Notes: generated by a model from the letters alone, not told the origin. A stretch of 64,000 bases of DNA from Pecten maximus (GCF_902652985.1 NC_047028.1:5952001-6016000); one strand, 5' to 3'; shown: positions 1 to 12,800, numbered from the stretch's first letter. Program-made: numbers and translations.

Positions 1-1897
1 ATTATGTAATACATTGTAAAATATAAGCCCCACTTTACAAACTGAGTATGTTACAGGAGTGGATTTCTCAAATAGAATTTATTACACGAGTTCAATAACA
101 ATAACAAGAGCGCCCATTTGCTTCTAGAGCAACTTTGAAGTTGATCTAGTCATTTATGCAGACACTAAGCTGATCACTCTTTTATTCGAATATCAGAGCA
201 GACTTGATTCATTCATGTAAATAATTATCATATGTAGTCCTTCATACCAGCATACAATTGGCCCTACATCAGGTTTAAGACTGTCTTTGGTATCGAGAAA
301 TCATTATTTAATGATTTTAACACATGTATGTCAAGGTCACTCATTTGAACAAATTTGGTAGCCCTTCATCCCAGTATGCTAAAGGTGCTAAATTTTTCAA
401 GTCTCTTTAGCCTATTAGACCACAGTGACTTTGAAAGTAGGTCACAGTCATCAATTTGAACAAACTAAGAAGCCCTTCACCCCAGCATGCTACAGGTTCC
501 ATATCAAGTTCCTTGGCCTCAAGGTTATTGAGAAGTCATCTCACACTTTCAGCCTATTTGACCCCTACGACTCTGAATGAAGGTCGAGGCCATTCATTTG
601 AACAAACTTGGTGGCCCTCAACTGCAGCATTCTACAGATCTTTTATCGATTCTCTGGGCATCTTGGTAATTCAGAACAAATTGTATAAAGATTTAAGCAT
701 ATTTGACCCCTGTGACTTAGAATGTATGTCAAGGTCATTCATGTGAACAAACTTGGTAGTCCTTCACCCTAGCATGCTACAGGACCAATACCTTGTCTCT
801 GTGCTTGACAGTTATTGAGGTGAAGTTGTTTAACTCTTTCCGTACTCACTTGAATCTCGCGGTCGCTACCGGAAGCTGTTTCGGGGTTGGTCCTTTGCGC
901 ATATCCAAGTGTGACGTAATTCCGAGTGGTAGCACATGTGTCGCCCATGTGCTTTTGACCGAGTTGCATTCGATGTTGATTTGCGACTCTGCGGTGCTTC
1001 AGATATCGGTAAGTTTCATTTTTAACTGCTAACTATTACATGAAATAACGATAGATGAATGTATGTGGTTATTTGTGTTGGAAATTGTGAAACGAACCAG
1101 TAAAATGACGAGAGATATCATGACTGTTTTTCTTTTCAATGGCGATCGGTGAATCGTTGTGTACTCGTGTTCATGTCTTTTATAAACAACGTAGTTATGA
1201 TTTTAAAGTTACCAGACGATTTATAATACAAACCTTTATAATTATTGACGATATTTCTTGATATCCAATCATATTTTAGCGTATAAGAGCGATCGAAAAC
1301 TAATAATCATTATTCTGAATAGTCGTAGTTTCGTATTCGTTTTTTCTTGTTTACTTTCGGTTTTGATTTTTTGTAAAAAAATTTGCTACAGCAAATGAAT
1401 TGACAGTACACCTTGATCGATTATTCTCCATTGCATTATTTAATTCTGTTTGTAGATTGGCTCCGTTTACTACCTAAAACACTTACGATTTTGAATAAAT
1501 TAACTGATTTTGAACAAACTGTAGTACTTTACAATGTCCTATATTTTCTTACGTATGAAAATGATCGGATCCATTTACTTATTATAACACTCATCTCTTA
1601 CCTTGTTGTTGCTTGAAAATCAACACATAATATCCTCTTATTAACACTTGACTTGGGAGGGGGATGAGATGTAATTGATTGATAATTTACTTATAAATAC
1701 TTAAAATATAGATTGTGACCAGTATAACTGGATGCTTAGAAACAGAATTTCCCTGATAGAACATCCATGCACACAGACATTTACATGTCCCAGCAGTTGC
1801 TTTAGTGCCTCTATCATTACCACCATCAGATTTCGATTTCATGCCCTAAGTCTTTGTCAGTAGGCTCCCATCACCAACATTTCTCTGAATAAACTGA

Positions 1898-2009
1898 TGT
1901 AGCGGAACTGGACCGGGTCGATCATCGGCGACCAGGTAGCTCAATCGGTAGAGCATCCGACTAGTGTTCGAGCCCCGGTCTGGCCGTACATTTTCCCACT
2001 CCTACTACA
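1898..2009 (+). mobile_element. 112-bp tRNA-derived insert with TGT..ACA ends (solo-LTR-like or SINE-like) inside the piggyBac
   Basis: A-box TAGCTCAATCGGTAGAGC and B-box GTTCGAGCCC, with an imperfect acceptor stem GACCAGG/TCTGGCC (1930-1985). Termini are TGTAG..CTACA, flanked by CTGA direct repeats (1894-1897, 2010-2013). Confidence 0.75.
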
Positions 2010-2508
2010 CTGATGTCTGTGTGTGGTTCAATGAATCTTCTTTATGATTTGTATTTGCATTTGAATTTTAAAGAGAAAGAAAGAGGAAAATAAATATTCT
2101 AATGATCTGAACTGGCAGTAAATCAATCAACAAACATAAATTGTAAAGTTTTGATAAATTTTGTATATTTTCTTGTAATTTTCTCTTCAGATATATACAG
2201 AAATTTGTGTCAGAAATAAAGATATAAAATATTTTAAAGATCATTCATTCATTCATTCATTCAAATCAGTACAACAAAATTCACTCTAGGATAAATATAA
2301 ATGTACTAACACATAACATCAGGATTCATTCTAACAAGCAAAATATTTAAAAATTATCAAACAGCTATGTACAAAAGTTGTCACTGATCATTTTTCAATA
2401 ACAAACAATCTGATGTTAACACAAACATTTGTAAGTGTATTGACATTACATAGTTTATAATGGTAAAAACCTGTCAAATTTGTGACCAATAATCTTGATT
2501 GTACATAT

Positions 2509-5500
2509 TTACAATTCATTTAATAGTGATTGGTGGTAGTCTTTAAAGCATCCAACACACAGTTTCACATTGCAATGTGAACATCCGGAAATCACTTCCC
2601 GGCGTCTGCCTGATTTCGAACACTGTCGACATCTTCCCTTTTTGTTCAGAATCTCCGGCCAGTGCTGGTGTCCAGTTGTATCCATTGTTGTTGGCTGTGC
2701 CTTCCTCTTCCTGGTGACCCTGGTCTCCCCAATCAACTGACGAGCCAGTTCCTGTCTGTAACTGATCTGTATGGATGGAAAATTAATTTGCAACTAAATG
2801 CACATAATTGATGGTAACTTGTTTCTTCTATGGACCAAAAATGCTTTTTGCTTTGTAGATTCTTTTTTTTTCAAAATGCTTTATTATTTTTTTATTTTTT
2901 TTTCAAATATTATTCACTAATCAAATCATTTAAGTCAAAAATTATCTCAAAATAAATCATTTAATTTCTTTTGTAAATAGAAAGACCAAAAGCTGAATGT
3001 ATAGATCTAAAGCTCCTGTTTTTTTCTTCAAATTTTGGTCTCATTTGGATCTATTATTTACCTGTGTCCTTATCTTTTCCTTTCCAGTCCGTGTGGTTAG
3101 CTTGTGATTCGGAGACTCCTTCATAAGCAAAAAGGAGTTGACAATGGCGGTATCCAGCAGGAAGTAGAAAAGGTACTTCCACCATTTGAGTGACTTCCTA
3201 CTGCAGGAGTACTGCATCCTGAGCTGATCCGCCCTATCGACCGCATTCATACGCGAACCGTAGAGCTGAACTGCTTCAGGTGCCAGGGAGACATGTGTTG
3301 TGCCGTCTTTCTTCTTCCGGCTTACCTCACTAAGTTTTGTGGCGTCTACATTCGTGTATAAGAAATTTACCTGAAGAAAAAATGTTGAAAACTAGAAATG
3401 TTTTGCCTTGTTCAATCAACAGCACTAGCCAAAACACTACACTGATATAACACTTTGAGATGTTATCAGATAATTTATTTGACAGAGTTTCCTCTGACCT
3501 CGACACCAGCTAAAGACATTATGATAGTCAGAAAATAAACAACGAGGACTTTTTCCCTGATGATTTGTTCAACTTTCCATCAATAAAGCATTATCAGTGT
3601 GTTAGATATATACTCACTTGTTTGTTGTCAAACCAAGCAGATGTGCTGAGGGGTCCCTTCTGCATAGACAAATGGTCTCCCTTCTTCTTCACACAACCTT
3701 TCTGCAGCTCCTTTGGATATCCCTGTCGAGTTGCCCTCACAGTACCGCAAGCATATATACCATCCTGAAGCAGCCTGGTGAAGAGGGCAGGGCTGGAGAA
3801 GAAGTTGTCCATGTACAGATGGTGGTTCTTGTTTAGCATGTCCCTGCTAAGGTCAAGAACAACCCTTCCCGCTAGTCCTACTTCTCGTTCACCATCTGGG
3901 TTTCCTGCACGCCCCGTATATACCTGGAACTGGTGGACATAACCATTTGAGGAATCTGCCTTCTCCCACACCTATTTGAAACATGAAAATAAATCAGTTT
4001 TGCTTTTACATACTTTTTTTATATCATTGCAACCTCGTAATTATATATTTTGATAAGATATCTTTTATTCTTGATAAATAGTCCAGAATATAAAATAATA
4101 TGAACTCTTCAACCAACTCGTGTTTTTTCTTACTTTATATTTTGTGTAGAAATTTATTTTGAAATTTGATTTTCATTACAATACATACCTTTATTCCAAA
4201 CTTGACAGGTTTAGCAGGTAGATACTGCTTGAATCCTAGGCGTCCTTTGTAAGCAATCATTGCTTCATCTATGGCAACATCTCGTCCTAGGTTCCATTCA
4301 CGTCGTATGTAAGTCTGGACATTGGTCATGAAGGAACGAATGTGATGAAGTTTATCATGGCCAGGTTGTCCGCGTGGGATGACTGTAGTTGAATCGCTTA
4401 GATGGAAGTACTGCAGAAGTTTCTCAAATCTGTACAATATGAAATTAATATTGGATATATATACCAGGGTATTGCAATAATTATTTTTTTAAATCATGAA
4501 TATCTGCTAGATAAACTTATCTTCATCAACATGATTTTTTTTGTTATCAATTTTGATATTTTATTTAATATTTATGATGATTCATTCAAATGAATGAAAT
4601 ATGTTTTATTTTAATTCTAGTTTCGAAATGAATAAATTTTTAATTTAATATGTGTTCAGTTTGATTTTATATGAAAATATGGTAAAATAAATATTCTAGG
4701 CTCTTTGATAAATCCCTTTTAGACTTGCGCAAGTCCAGTGTTAATCAGATCTACATTTATTATAAGCTTAGACTGAAAATATTATTCCTAAGTAGATAAT
4801 TAATGTCACTACTTTATTCAAATGGGTTTATTCATATATATTTATATATAACATTATAGTTAGCATTGTATTATGAAATATTTTATATATTTTTTTCATC
4901 GTGACCGATATCTTCGAACAGCTGATCGAGATCTATTTTTAGTAACAACTAACTGTACAAGTTTTGCTTCTCATTAGTTATTTACATTACTTGGGTATGA
5001 TTATCTTACCTTGGTCGTGTCATAATACAAGGAAGTGACGTCTTAAACAACCAGTCTTGGCTCCAATACAGTTTATAGTTGGGCAGGTCCAAAATTGACA
5101 TGAGAATATGTATCCCAACGAAAGCCTTCATCTCACTTGGTGACGTCACGCTCCACTTCGAGTCCGGCTTCGATGCTGTCTTCTGCGATGCGTAGAGATT
5201 TGTCTGTGTGGTCATCAATTGAAACAAGGTGAATGGGAAAAGTAGGGTGAAGAAGTCGATTTCTTTCTTCCCTTCGTCAAGTACATTCACGGGTCCCGTT
5301 GGTTGGTCGAACTCGTCTATGACTACCGGCTTTAGATTATGGCTCCATGATGATGCAGGTACGTCGATTTCATTCACGGTATTTATCAGATGGCCGAGTG
5401 GCATTAAATCAGCTAATGGCTCATCATCATCTGATGACCATTGGATATCGGAACCATCAGAATCATCTGATAACTCTTCAGGGCCGAAACCTTCAAAATC

Positions 5501-5557
5501 TGAGTCATTTTCGTCTGTGTCCCAGTTGAAATCGAAAGTGGAATCCGAGTCCGCCAT
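2509..5557 (-). CDS. piggyBac (PGBD4-like) DDD transposase, 5 exons, 569 aa
   Basis: Exons 5557-5010, 4429-4189, 3971-3618, 3370-3062 and 2766-2509, all GT-AG, join into one open frame of 1710 nt. Features: acidic N-terminus, RFEKLLQYFHL, catalytic AIDEAM / YMDNFFSS / VDRADQ, KWWKYLF, and a C-terminal Cys-rich domain (CRQC..CSHCNVKLCVGCFKDYH). Confidence 0.95.
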
Positions 5558-5736
5558 CTTTGTTGTCAGTGTACACAGAGCCGGTGAAAACGCACCGATA
5601 ATTAACCACATGACCTAATTAGCCAATTAATACGCGTGTAACAAATGAAACAAAGCATCATCTTCATATTTTTAATAATTTTTATTGGCTCATTATACAT
5701 GTCGTCTGCTCATTACAACCTATCAACACACGTGTC

Positions 5737-5846
5737 TCACGACGTGTGTACTCGTCACAAAGGATGGAAGGCATGTTTACTGCGACGAGTGTAATCGTCG
5801 TGAAGGATACGGGAACACTTTTTTGTGACGCGTATAGTCGTCGTGA
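5737..5846. repeat. piggyBac subterminal palindromic motifs (3 copies of a GACG-N6-TCGTC-type motif)
   Basis: 5737-5758 tcacgacgtgtgtactcgtcac, 5782-5802 gcgacgagtgtaatcgtcgtga and 5825-5846 gtgacgcgtatagtcgtcgtga. The first copy is inverted relative to the other two. Confidence 0.8.
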
Positions 5847-6511
5847 GTACGGAAAGAGTTAAAGGATAAAGTTGATGCTGGCCAGACGGACACTGTACTA
5901 CAGCATAAGCTCACTTTGTGCTTCGGGCAGGTGAGCTAGTAATTAACGAGTCTTTAGTCTCATGGTATATAAAAATTGTCTAATTATTGTCTAATAAATT
6001 CCATGATATAGTCATCAGTGTATGATCCTACTATCACATGTTAATTAAACTCATATTTATGAGAATTTAAATGAAAACTTTCAAACTAATTTTCATATAT
6101 AAGACGGGCTTCTATTAAAGCAGCATTTTTTTCTCTACAGAGACAATTGGTGACATAAAATACATACGTCACTACACTGTTAAACATAACAAATAAACAT
6201 CATCTGAAATAGATGTAACAGATATACACCTGTGGTACCTACATACTTATTTTGATTTAACTAAGTATTAGTCATTACATTCTGAAATAGTTTCAGATGG
6301 CATAGCCAGAAAGAAATGGAATAGTGATTTCAAAAGCTATCAAACGGAGAAATGATCTGAACAGACGGACAGCTGATCGGGTGATTCTTAAATGCCACTG
6401 CTCTCTCTAGATGTGTGGCCCTAACTACACAACATTTCAAAGGGGCAATGAATGTAACCAAAATGTACATTAAAGGACAAATAAAGACATGTACATGGAA
6501 TGCACTCTCTG

Positions 6512-6797
6512 GTATCGGCAGATCATTTATACGCCAATAAATTATGTGTAAAGTATCGACAGATCATTTATACACCAATAAATTATGTGTAGAGTATCGA
6601 CAGATCATTTATACACCAATAAATTATGTGTAAAGTTTCGACAGATCATTTATACACCGATAAATTATGTGTAGAGTATCGACAGATCATTTATACACCA
6701 ATAAATTATGTGTAGAGTATCGACAGATCATTTATACACCAATAAATTATGTGTAGAGTAACGACAGATCATTTATGCACCAATATATTATGTGTAC
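6512..6797. repeat. 41-bp minisatellite, ~7 copies
   Basis: Unit gtatcgacagatcatttatacaccaataaattatgtgtaga. Confidence 0.95.
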
Positions 6798-6870
6798 ATC
6801 TATGTGTGTTTAATGAGAACCTTGAGAGGGGATATGACAACATTTCTCACTGTCCAATGTTAACACTCAC

Positions 6871-9800
6871 CATCAGCATATTTCTGTCGCATGTCGTCAA
6901 AATAACTGGACGCTGACTTGATGACCCAGATCCTGAGCATGCTGTCCTGCCCTCCTGTCGCCAGAAGACGGCCACATGGTGAAAACTTCATAGTCCAGAT
7001 GGCCCCCTGTATATATAGGACAAACAACATGACGACATATCTTCAAAAAATATAATGAATTTGAGTAATACTATGCGAGAACAAAAAATAGTATAAACAT
7101 GTATTATTTATTCAGGCTTTTGAACTGTACATGGAATGTAATATTATCATGGTAGACCAGATCAGCTAGATTTTGACTGGTTATATTAAAGAGAGACAGA
7201 ATAAGAGCCAATGCCACAATGCCACTTGGGATTCAGGGTGGATGCCCAGATTGTGACTGTGCCACATGGGGTGACAAGCAGTATCGGCAGCCAATGGTAT
7301 CTAGCAGATTGGTAAGACAGATTGTGAGTCAGTGCCTTTCTACCACAGGAGAAAAAGATGTGCCACAGCATAAAACTTAGTCAATACAAAGCAACTTCAT
7401 TGTGTTACAAATCCACCAAATACAGATAGCAATATGTTACACAAAAATGTCTGATAGTGACAAGAGACAAATCTGTCTTAAATGGTCCCCATCTTCTGCT
7501 GAGAATGACATTAACGCGAGATACTCACACTATGGGTTCCACTGAGATCCTGTAACATTCGTAACTGTTTAAAGTCATATGGGCCTTTGTTGTTATTGGA
7601 CGCCTTGATCTAGTTACAAAATAAAATAAAGAGATTATTAATCATATTCAATGCAAAAAGGTTCAATTTTAGAGCTTTTTAATGTTTCTCAGTTCCTGGT
7701 TTGAACTAGTTAGCTTAGATTAAATTTCATGCTACATCGCATAATAAAAATTTGTAACAGTAAATAGATGATATACTAGATACATTTGCCTACTTTATAT
7801 AGATATATACAGGGTCAGGGTTAACCCGTGCAAAATGATAAAACATTGCCAATTACACAATTTTTGTCAAACAATCATTTTTTTCACCAATACAAGTAAT
7901 TATATAATAAATCATTTACATAGTTACATACATATATAAATGCATACACATATATATATATATGTTCAGATTTACTATATCATAGAGTACTCTACATATG
8001 TTCTAAGAATTGTCATATATTTCTTCACACCTACATAACATACATAGTCTTTCCATATTATTAGTGTAGAGGACATATTGATATATGCATATCATTCAAA
8101 GCCACAGCACCTATGCTAACAAAACACCCGGTATTCTAACTTTTCGCTAAGATCATTATCAGAAACCCACGAGACTTTCCTTTGTAAATGATAGAGCAGG
8201 GTCTCGTGGGTTTCCAATAATTAACGACAGAGCAGGGTCTCGTGGGTTTCCAATAATTAACGACAGAGCAGGGTCTCGTGGGTTTCCAATAATTAACGAC
8301 AGAGCAGGGTCTCGTGGGTTTCCAATAATTAACGACAGAGCAGGGTCTCATGGGTTTCCGATAATGAACGACAGAAAAGGGTCTCGTGGGTTTCCGATAA
8401 TGAACGACAGAAAAGGGTCTCGTTGTTTCTGATACTGAACGACAGAAAAGGGTCTCGTGGGTTTCCAATAATGAACGACAGAAAAGGGTCTCGTTGTTTC
8501 TGATACTGAACGACAGAGTGAACGACAGAGTAGTGTCTCATGGGTTTCCTATAATGAACCACAGAGCAGTGTCTCATGGGTTTCCGATAATGAACCACAG
8601 AGCGCTGTCTCATGGGTTTCTGATAATGAACCACAGAGCGGTGTCTCATGGGTTTCTGATAATGAACCACAGAGCGCTGTCTCCTGGGTTTCTGATAATG
8701 AACCACAGAGCGCTGTCTCATGGGTTTCTGATAATGAACCACAGAGCGCTGTCTCCTGGGTTTCTGATAATGAACCACAGAGCGGTGTCTCATGGGTTTC
8801 CTATGATACACTATGGTCTGGGTAGACATACCTTGAAGATTTTCCCGTCCACAGAGACCTCTTCTTCTACAGCTACATCATCACTATGTAACACTGCCAA
8901 CAAACCAAACATAGTAGTTTGTAAACTTTATTATGATTTAAAACAAATGCAAAAAGTTAAGTATCTTTTTTTCCCAAAATCATTCACAAATGATTTGATT
9001 CTATTCTCAAAATTGATTAAGATTCCATATCAAATGTGACTATATATATCTCACCTGTATCAGCCATGGTTTTGACTTTACTCATTGTTTTACCAACTTT
9101 TCGTCCAATAATCTTCCTCAGTCGGGATCTAAACAAACAGAACTGTGTAATATAATGGATACCAATAACTTAAGATTACTTATTTCATAATTGTGGTTCT
9201 TAAATATTAGATTCAAATATTATATCGTTTACCTGATATATTTAACTGAATATCAACACGGAATCTCTAAAAGAACCTACGCTTTTTTCTTCGCCCCAGG
9301 TTGTTCAGACAAGGACTGTGTATCCTCGTTGTCGAGTTGATCATGATGATGGTCATCCTTCAGACTCCCGTCACTGTAGTACAAACATGATAATCACAAC
9401 ACAATGGTGCCTTCAACACCCTGGAATCCTAGCCAACAATGTAAGAGGATTGTATGACGAGATACCTTACTTAGAAGTGGGTTTGGGTAGAGGTATTAAG
9501 TTCCAGTTCAGAAAATAGCGAAATGATTTGCATCTTTTACACATCCTAATTAATTCTGTGATGTGTGGTAATTTTTAAACTCTTCAGAATTACAGCAAGA
9601 TGCTAATAGATGACAGACAGACAAAAAACTAGCAGACAGAAAAGTTAACACCTACAGACAGAATATAGGAATGAAAGTTCAAGAGCAACATACAACAAAT
9701 AGACTCAAGATATTAGCCTTGTAGAAAATCCAACTCTTTACGAGTCAACTTATGTGTTTAAATCTTTCAAAATAGGCCATACCTGTGGTACTCCTTGGTT

Positions 9801-12800
9801 CTTTTGATGAGATGAAGGTCCAGTGGGTTAAGTCCCTTGGGTATTTTCTCTTCCGCAATGCTTAGTGGAACACTCTCCCCAGTATCAAGGTTCAGCACCC
9901 TGATAGCCTGTAGAATCTCCTGCGAGGAATAAAACACTGACTGTATAATTTTGAAATGAAAGTCATTGGAATAAAATATACAACATCTCCTTACACAAAC
10001 ATCAGTGTCACACTGTCTCCAATGAATTCATAAAAAGCTGTGTCAATAAAATAGTTCCTAAAACCTATATGAAATGCTGATGAAGGCATGAATAATTTTA
10101 ACAGAATAAATTATAGGAATGTTTGATAGGTATGAATTATGTCAGATATATCAGATATCCTGGAATCAAGACAAAATTAATTTGTACTTTCTACCTCCCA
10201 TTTAAGAAAGCTCCCAAACACACTTGAAACAACATAAAAACTGTCTACCTTGTCCGAGAGTAGTCTACCAGAATTTGATCGAGGTCGCAGTGTTTCCTCT
10301 GCGCCTGAGCTGTGGCCCTGAGAACGAAGACGTGCCCCACTTTCGACATCACCCTTGTCTGTCCCTGATGGGTCTCCATCAACAGAGGACGGCAGGCTGT
10401 CACATTTTTGTCGTGGAGAATCATGGTCTGAATTTACAGCATCACGCTCAGCATCCTGTTTACAATCAAATATTGCAAATACATGTACACATATTACAGT
10501 AGAGTTTCAAATATAATATATACCCCTGTAGTAATTTTTCAACCCAGTACTTGCTCTTCTCTGAAACCAACAGAGGTTGCTATACCTATATACACCCTGT
10601 TCATTTTGGTCTTTCTTTTTCCTGTCATATGTTCTCCCATGCTGAAGGTTTCTTATTGGCATGAATTATGTACATGTGTTATGTTGATTTTCATGGTAAA
10701 TTATAATAAGAAAAATACATATATAATATGCTGATCAATTTACAAATTTGAAGAGATTGATCAGGTAAAAACATATAGACAGCTTTGATACCCACTTCTG
10801 CATTGATGTGCCGAGCCCCACCCAGGGCACTATGGAGGTCAAGGGCATACTCGAGCTCCAGTTCCTTGGTGAGGTTGTCCACGGTAGACGTCGGAGTAGG
10901 CAGAGACAGTCCCTGGGGACCTGAGCTCCAGTCAGAGGCACCAGTCTGACTTAGCTAAAACCAAATCATTTCAGGTAATTGTTTTCTTACACTGACTGCA
11001 ACAAACATACAATACTGGGAAATGTTCAACATACAGTAATCAAACATCAAGCTTCCTAGACTGCCATAGTTTCTGATATTTATACAAAACAATTAAATAT
11101 TCTTGGTAGTGTTTAGGGGGTGAATTAAGTGTTAAGAATTTAATATGCTATATACTCATGTAGGGGTTTTGAATTTGAAGGTATTCAAATTAAAATAATT
11201 TTATGGATGATCATATATATCCTAACTTTTTAGTTCCAAAAGGGCCAGGTGAGCTAAAAAGTTAGGTTATACAAATTATATGTATGTATGTGCTATTAAT
11301 ATTTTTGTAATTGTTTCAATACTTATCCTCAACATGGCATAACAATATCATAGAGTGTCTCAACTATCCACCAACAATTACTCTACGAAACATTTTACAG
11401 CAAGTATAGAGATTTGGGCCAGGAGGCACGGACAAAAATGCTCTACTATTTATAACTCAACCCATAACTCTAGAATAAAGAGCTTACTTCTCCACTAGAC
11501 CTTTCTCCCTTCTTCTTTTTCCTAGGTGGGGCTCTAGGTTGTTCAATGACTGTTGACCTTGGTTGTTCTGGTAAATCCCCTTCCACTAAAGTGGTTGGTG
11601 GAGTTCTAGTTTTTGTACTTCTTACAATATCTGGTTCGTTTTTATCATCTCCGAGAAGTTCGTCTACAATTTCGCCACTTCCTGTTCCACAGTTGTCAGT
11701 TAACCGTTCTTCTGTCACTTGTATGTGTGGAATTTGTTTGTTTGGCTTTTCCTTTTCAGGAAATGATGTAGTTATATTATCAGAATAATCATGTGATTTT
11801 CTATTCAAGATTTCAGACTCTTGTGTAGATAGACGATTTGAGGATTCTGGTTCTTTTGTAACTTTAAAGGACGGTGGTTTTCCATTAGAAGAGTCAGAGT
11901 CCTCATCAGCAGGTGTGTTCAACATCTCGTCGTCTGTGTCCGAGTCATGATAAAGCTTCAGATCTTCCATCCCTGTTGAGACAATTCCATCTGTGTCCTC
12001 CGTCATCCGTTGTCTAAGATCCTCTAATCGCTTCCGCCTCTTCTCATTCTCCTTAATTTTACTATCAATCACCTTTTATAACACAAAATCAAGAATTAAC
12101 ACGAGTTTTAGTTCATCACATAAAAATATATTTCTGATGTATCTTTTACACTGTTTTGTAATTTGATGGGCTTTATCAATTTTATAAGTAGTCTGATAAA
12201 TGTCTTCTTCAGCAATAGAATATAATCATGTTTGTTTTCTATTATAATAAGGATTTTTTTTTAATACCTTATGAACTATTTACTATTTTCAATAATGTTG
12301 ATTAATGTGTCTGATAGTTAAGAATCATAAATCCTGTCCTGTAACAGACTGTTCCATATCCGGAGAGGTTTCAGAAAGGGGACACAATGTATTGATTAAG
12401 TACCACATGTTTTTCTTCTTTCTTTTTCCGTAACATGTCCAGTCTTTTCATGTATTCTTCATCTTCCTTCAATCTCCTGTTAAAACATCAATATAACTAG
12501 ATATATATATATACTACATGTGTAGAGTGTTAACTAGGTTAGCTCCTATATAATACTTCTACATCATATCACAGTTATTCTGTTTTCTGACCGATATAGC
12601 CACGGTTGAACATTATATCAACACATGATTTAATTTTTCAGCCATAAGACTTTATCTTCTGTTTACATGAATTAGAACCAATATACATTACCGTTCCTCC
12701 TGTTTTTTCTTTAATTCAAGTAACCTTCTTTCTTCTGCTTCCAACTCACTCTGACAAAGAGTTTAAATGGTTTTTTTAATGTGATAACACTTATTAGAAC

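Larger units (their letters stand above)
834..5858 (-). mobile_element. Full-length piggyBac DNA transposon, 5025 bp
   Basis: Perfect 16-bp TIRs: CTCTTTCCGTACTCAC (834-849) and GTGAGTACGGAAAGAG (5843-5858). TTAA target duplication at 830-833 and 5859-5862. Encodes a piggyBac transposase. Confidence 0.97.
103..5938. mobile_element. Satellite-cored interspersed repeat (Helentron/HINE-like bivalve family), split by the piggyBac: left part ~103-833, right part 5863-5938
   Basis: Starts AACAAGAG. It has degenerate ~110-145 bp tandem units (GTCAAGGTCA..TTTGAACAAACTTGGTAGCCCTTCA) at ~330, 440, 583 and 728. Removing the piggyBac rejoins GAAGTTGTTTAA|AGGATAAAGTTG..GACGGAC..ATAAGCTCAC..GGTGAGCTA, the usual 3' end of this repeat type. 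The family name is from recall. Confidence 0.6.

Noticed and set aside
456-746. 96-aa ORF
   Set aside because: It lies within degenerate satellite units of the HINE-like repeat and has no protein features.
1930-1985. Functional tRNA gene
   Set aside because: The anticodon arm and variable region are largely missing, the acceptor stem is mismatched, and it sits inside a TSD-flanked insert.
5229-5618. Antisense ORFs over transposase exon 1 (and 11546-11788 over WDR44)
   Set aside because: They are shadow ORFs of acidic coding sequence.
6230-6238. 9-nt WDR44 microexon (- strand, ag|GTACCACAG|gtgtat)
   Set aside because: It is frame-compatible but has no polypyrimidine tract and a weak donor. 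It cannot be supported without RNA data.
2509-6871. CSB-PGBD3-style in-frame WDR44-transposase fusion (the element is intronic and co-oriented)
   Set aside because: The upstream WDR44 exon ends in phase 1, while the transposase acceptors need phase 2 or 0. The two AGs I tried before the ATG are weak and out of frame. Only skipping exon 7006-6871 would give a phase-0 join, and that would lack the first catalytic Asp.
8136-9039. Repetitive ORFs on both strands
   Set aside because: They arise from a stop-free 36-bp minisatellite inside a WDR44 intron.
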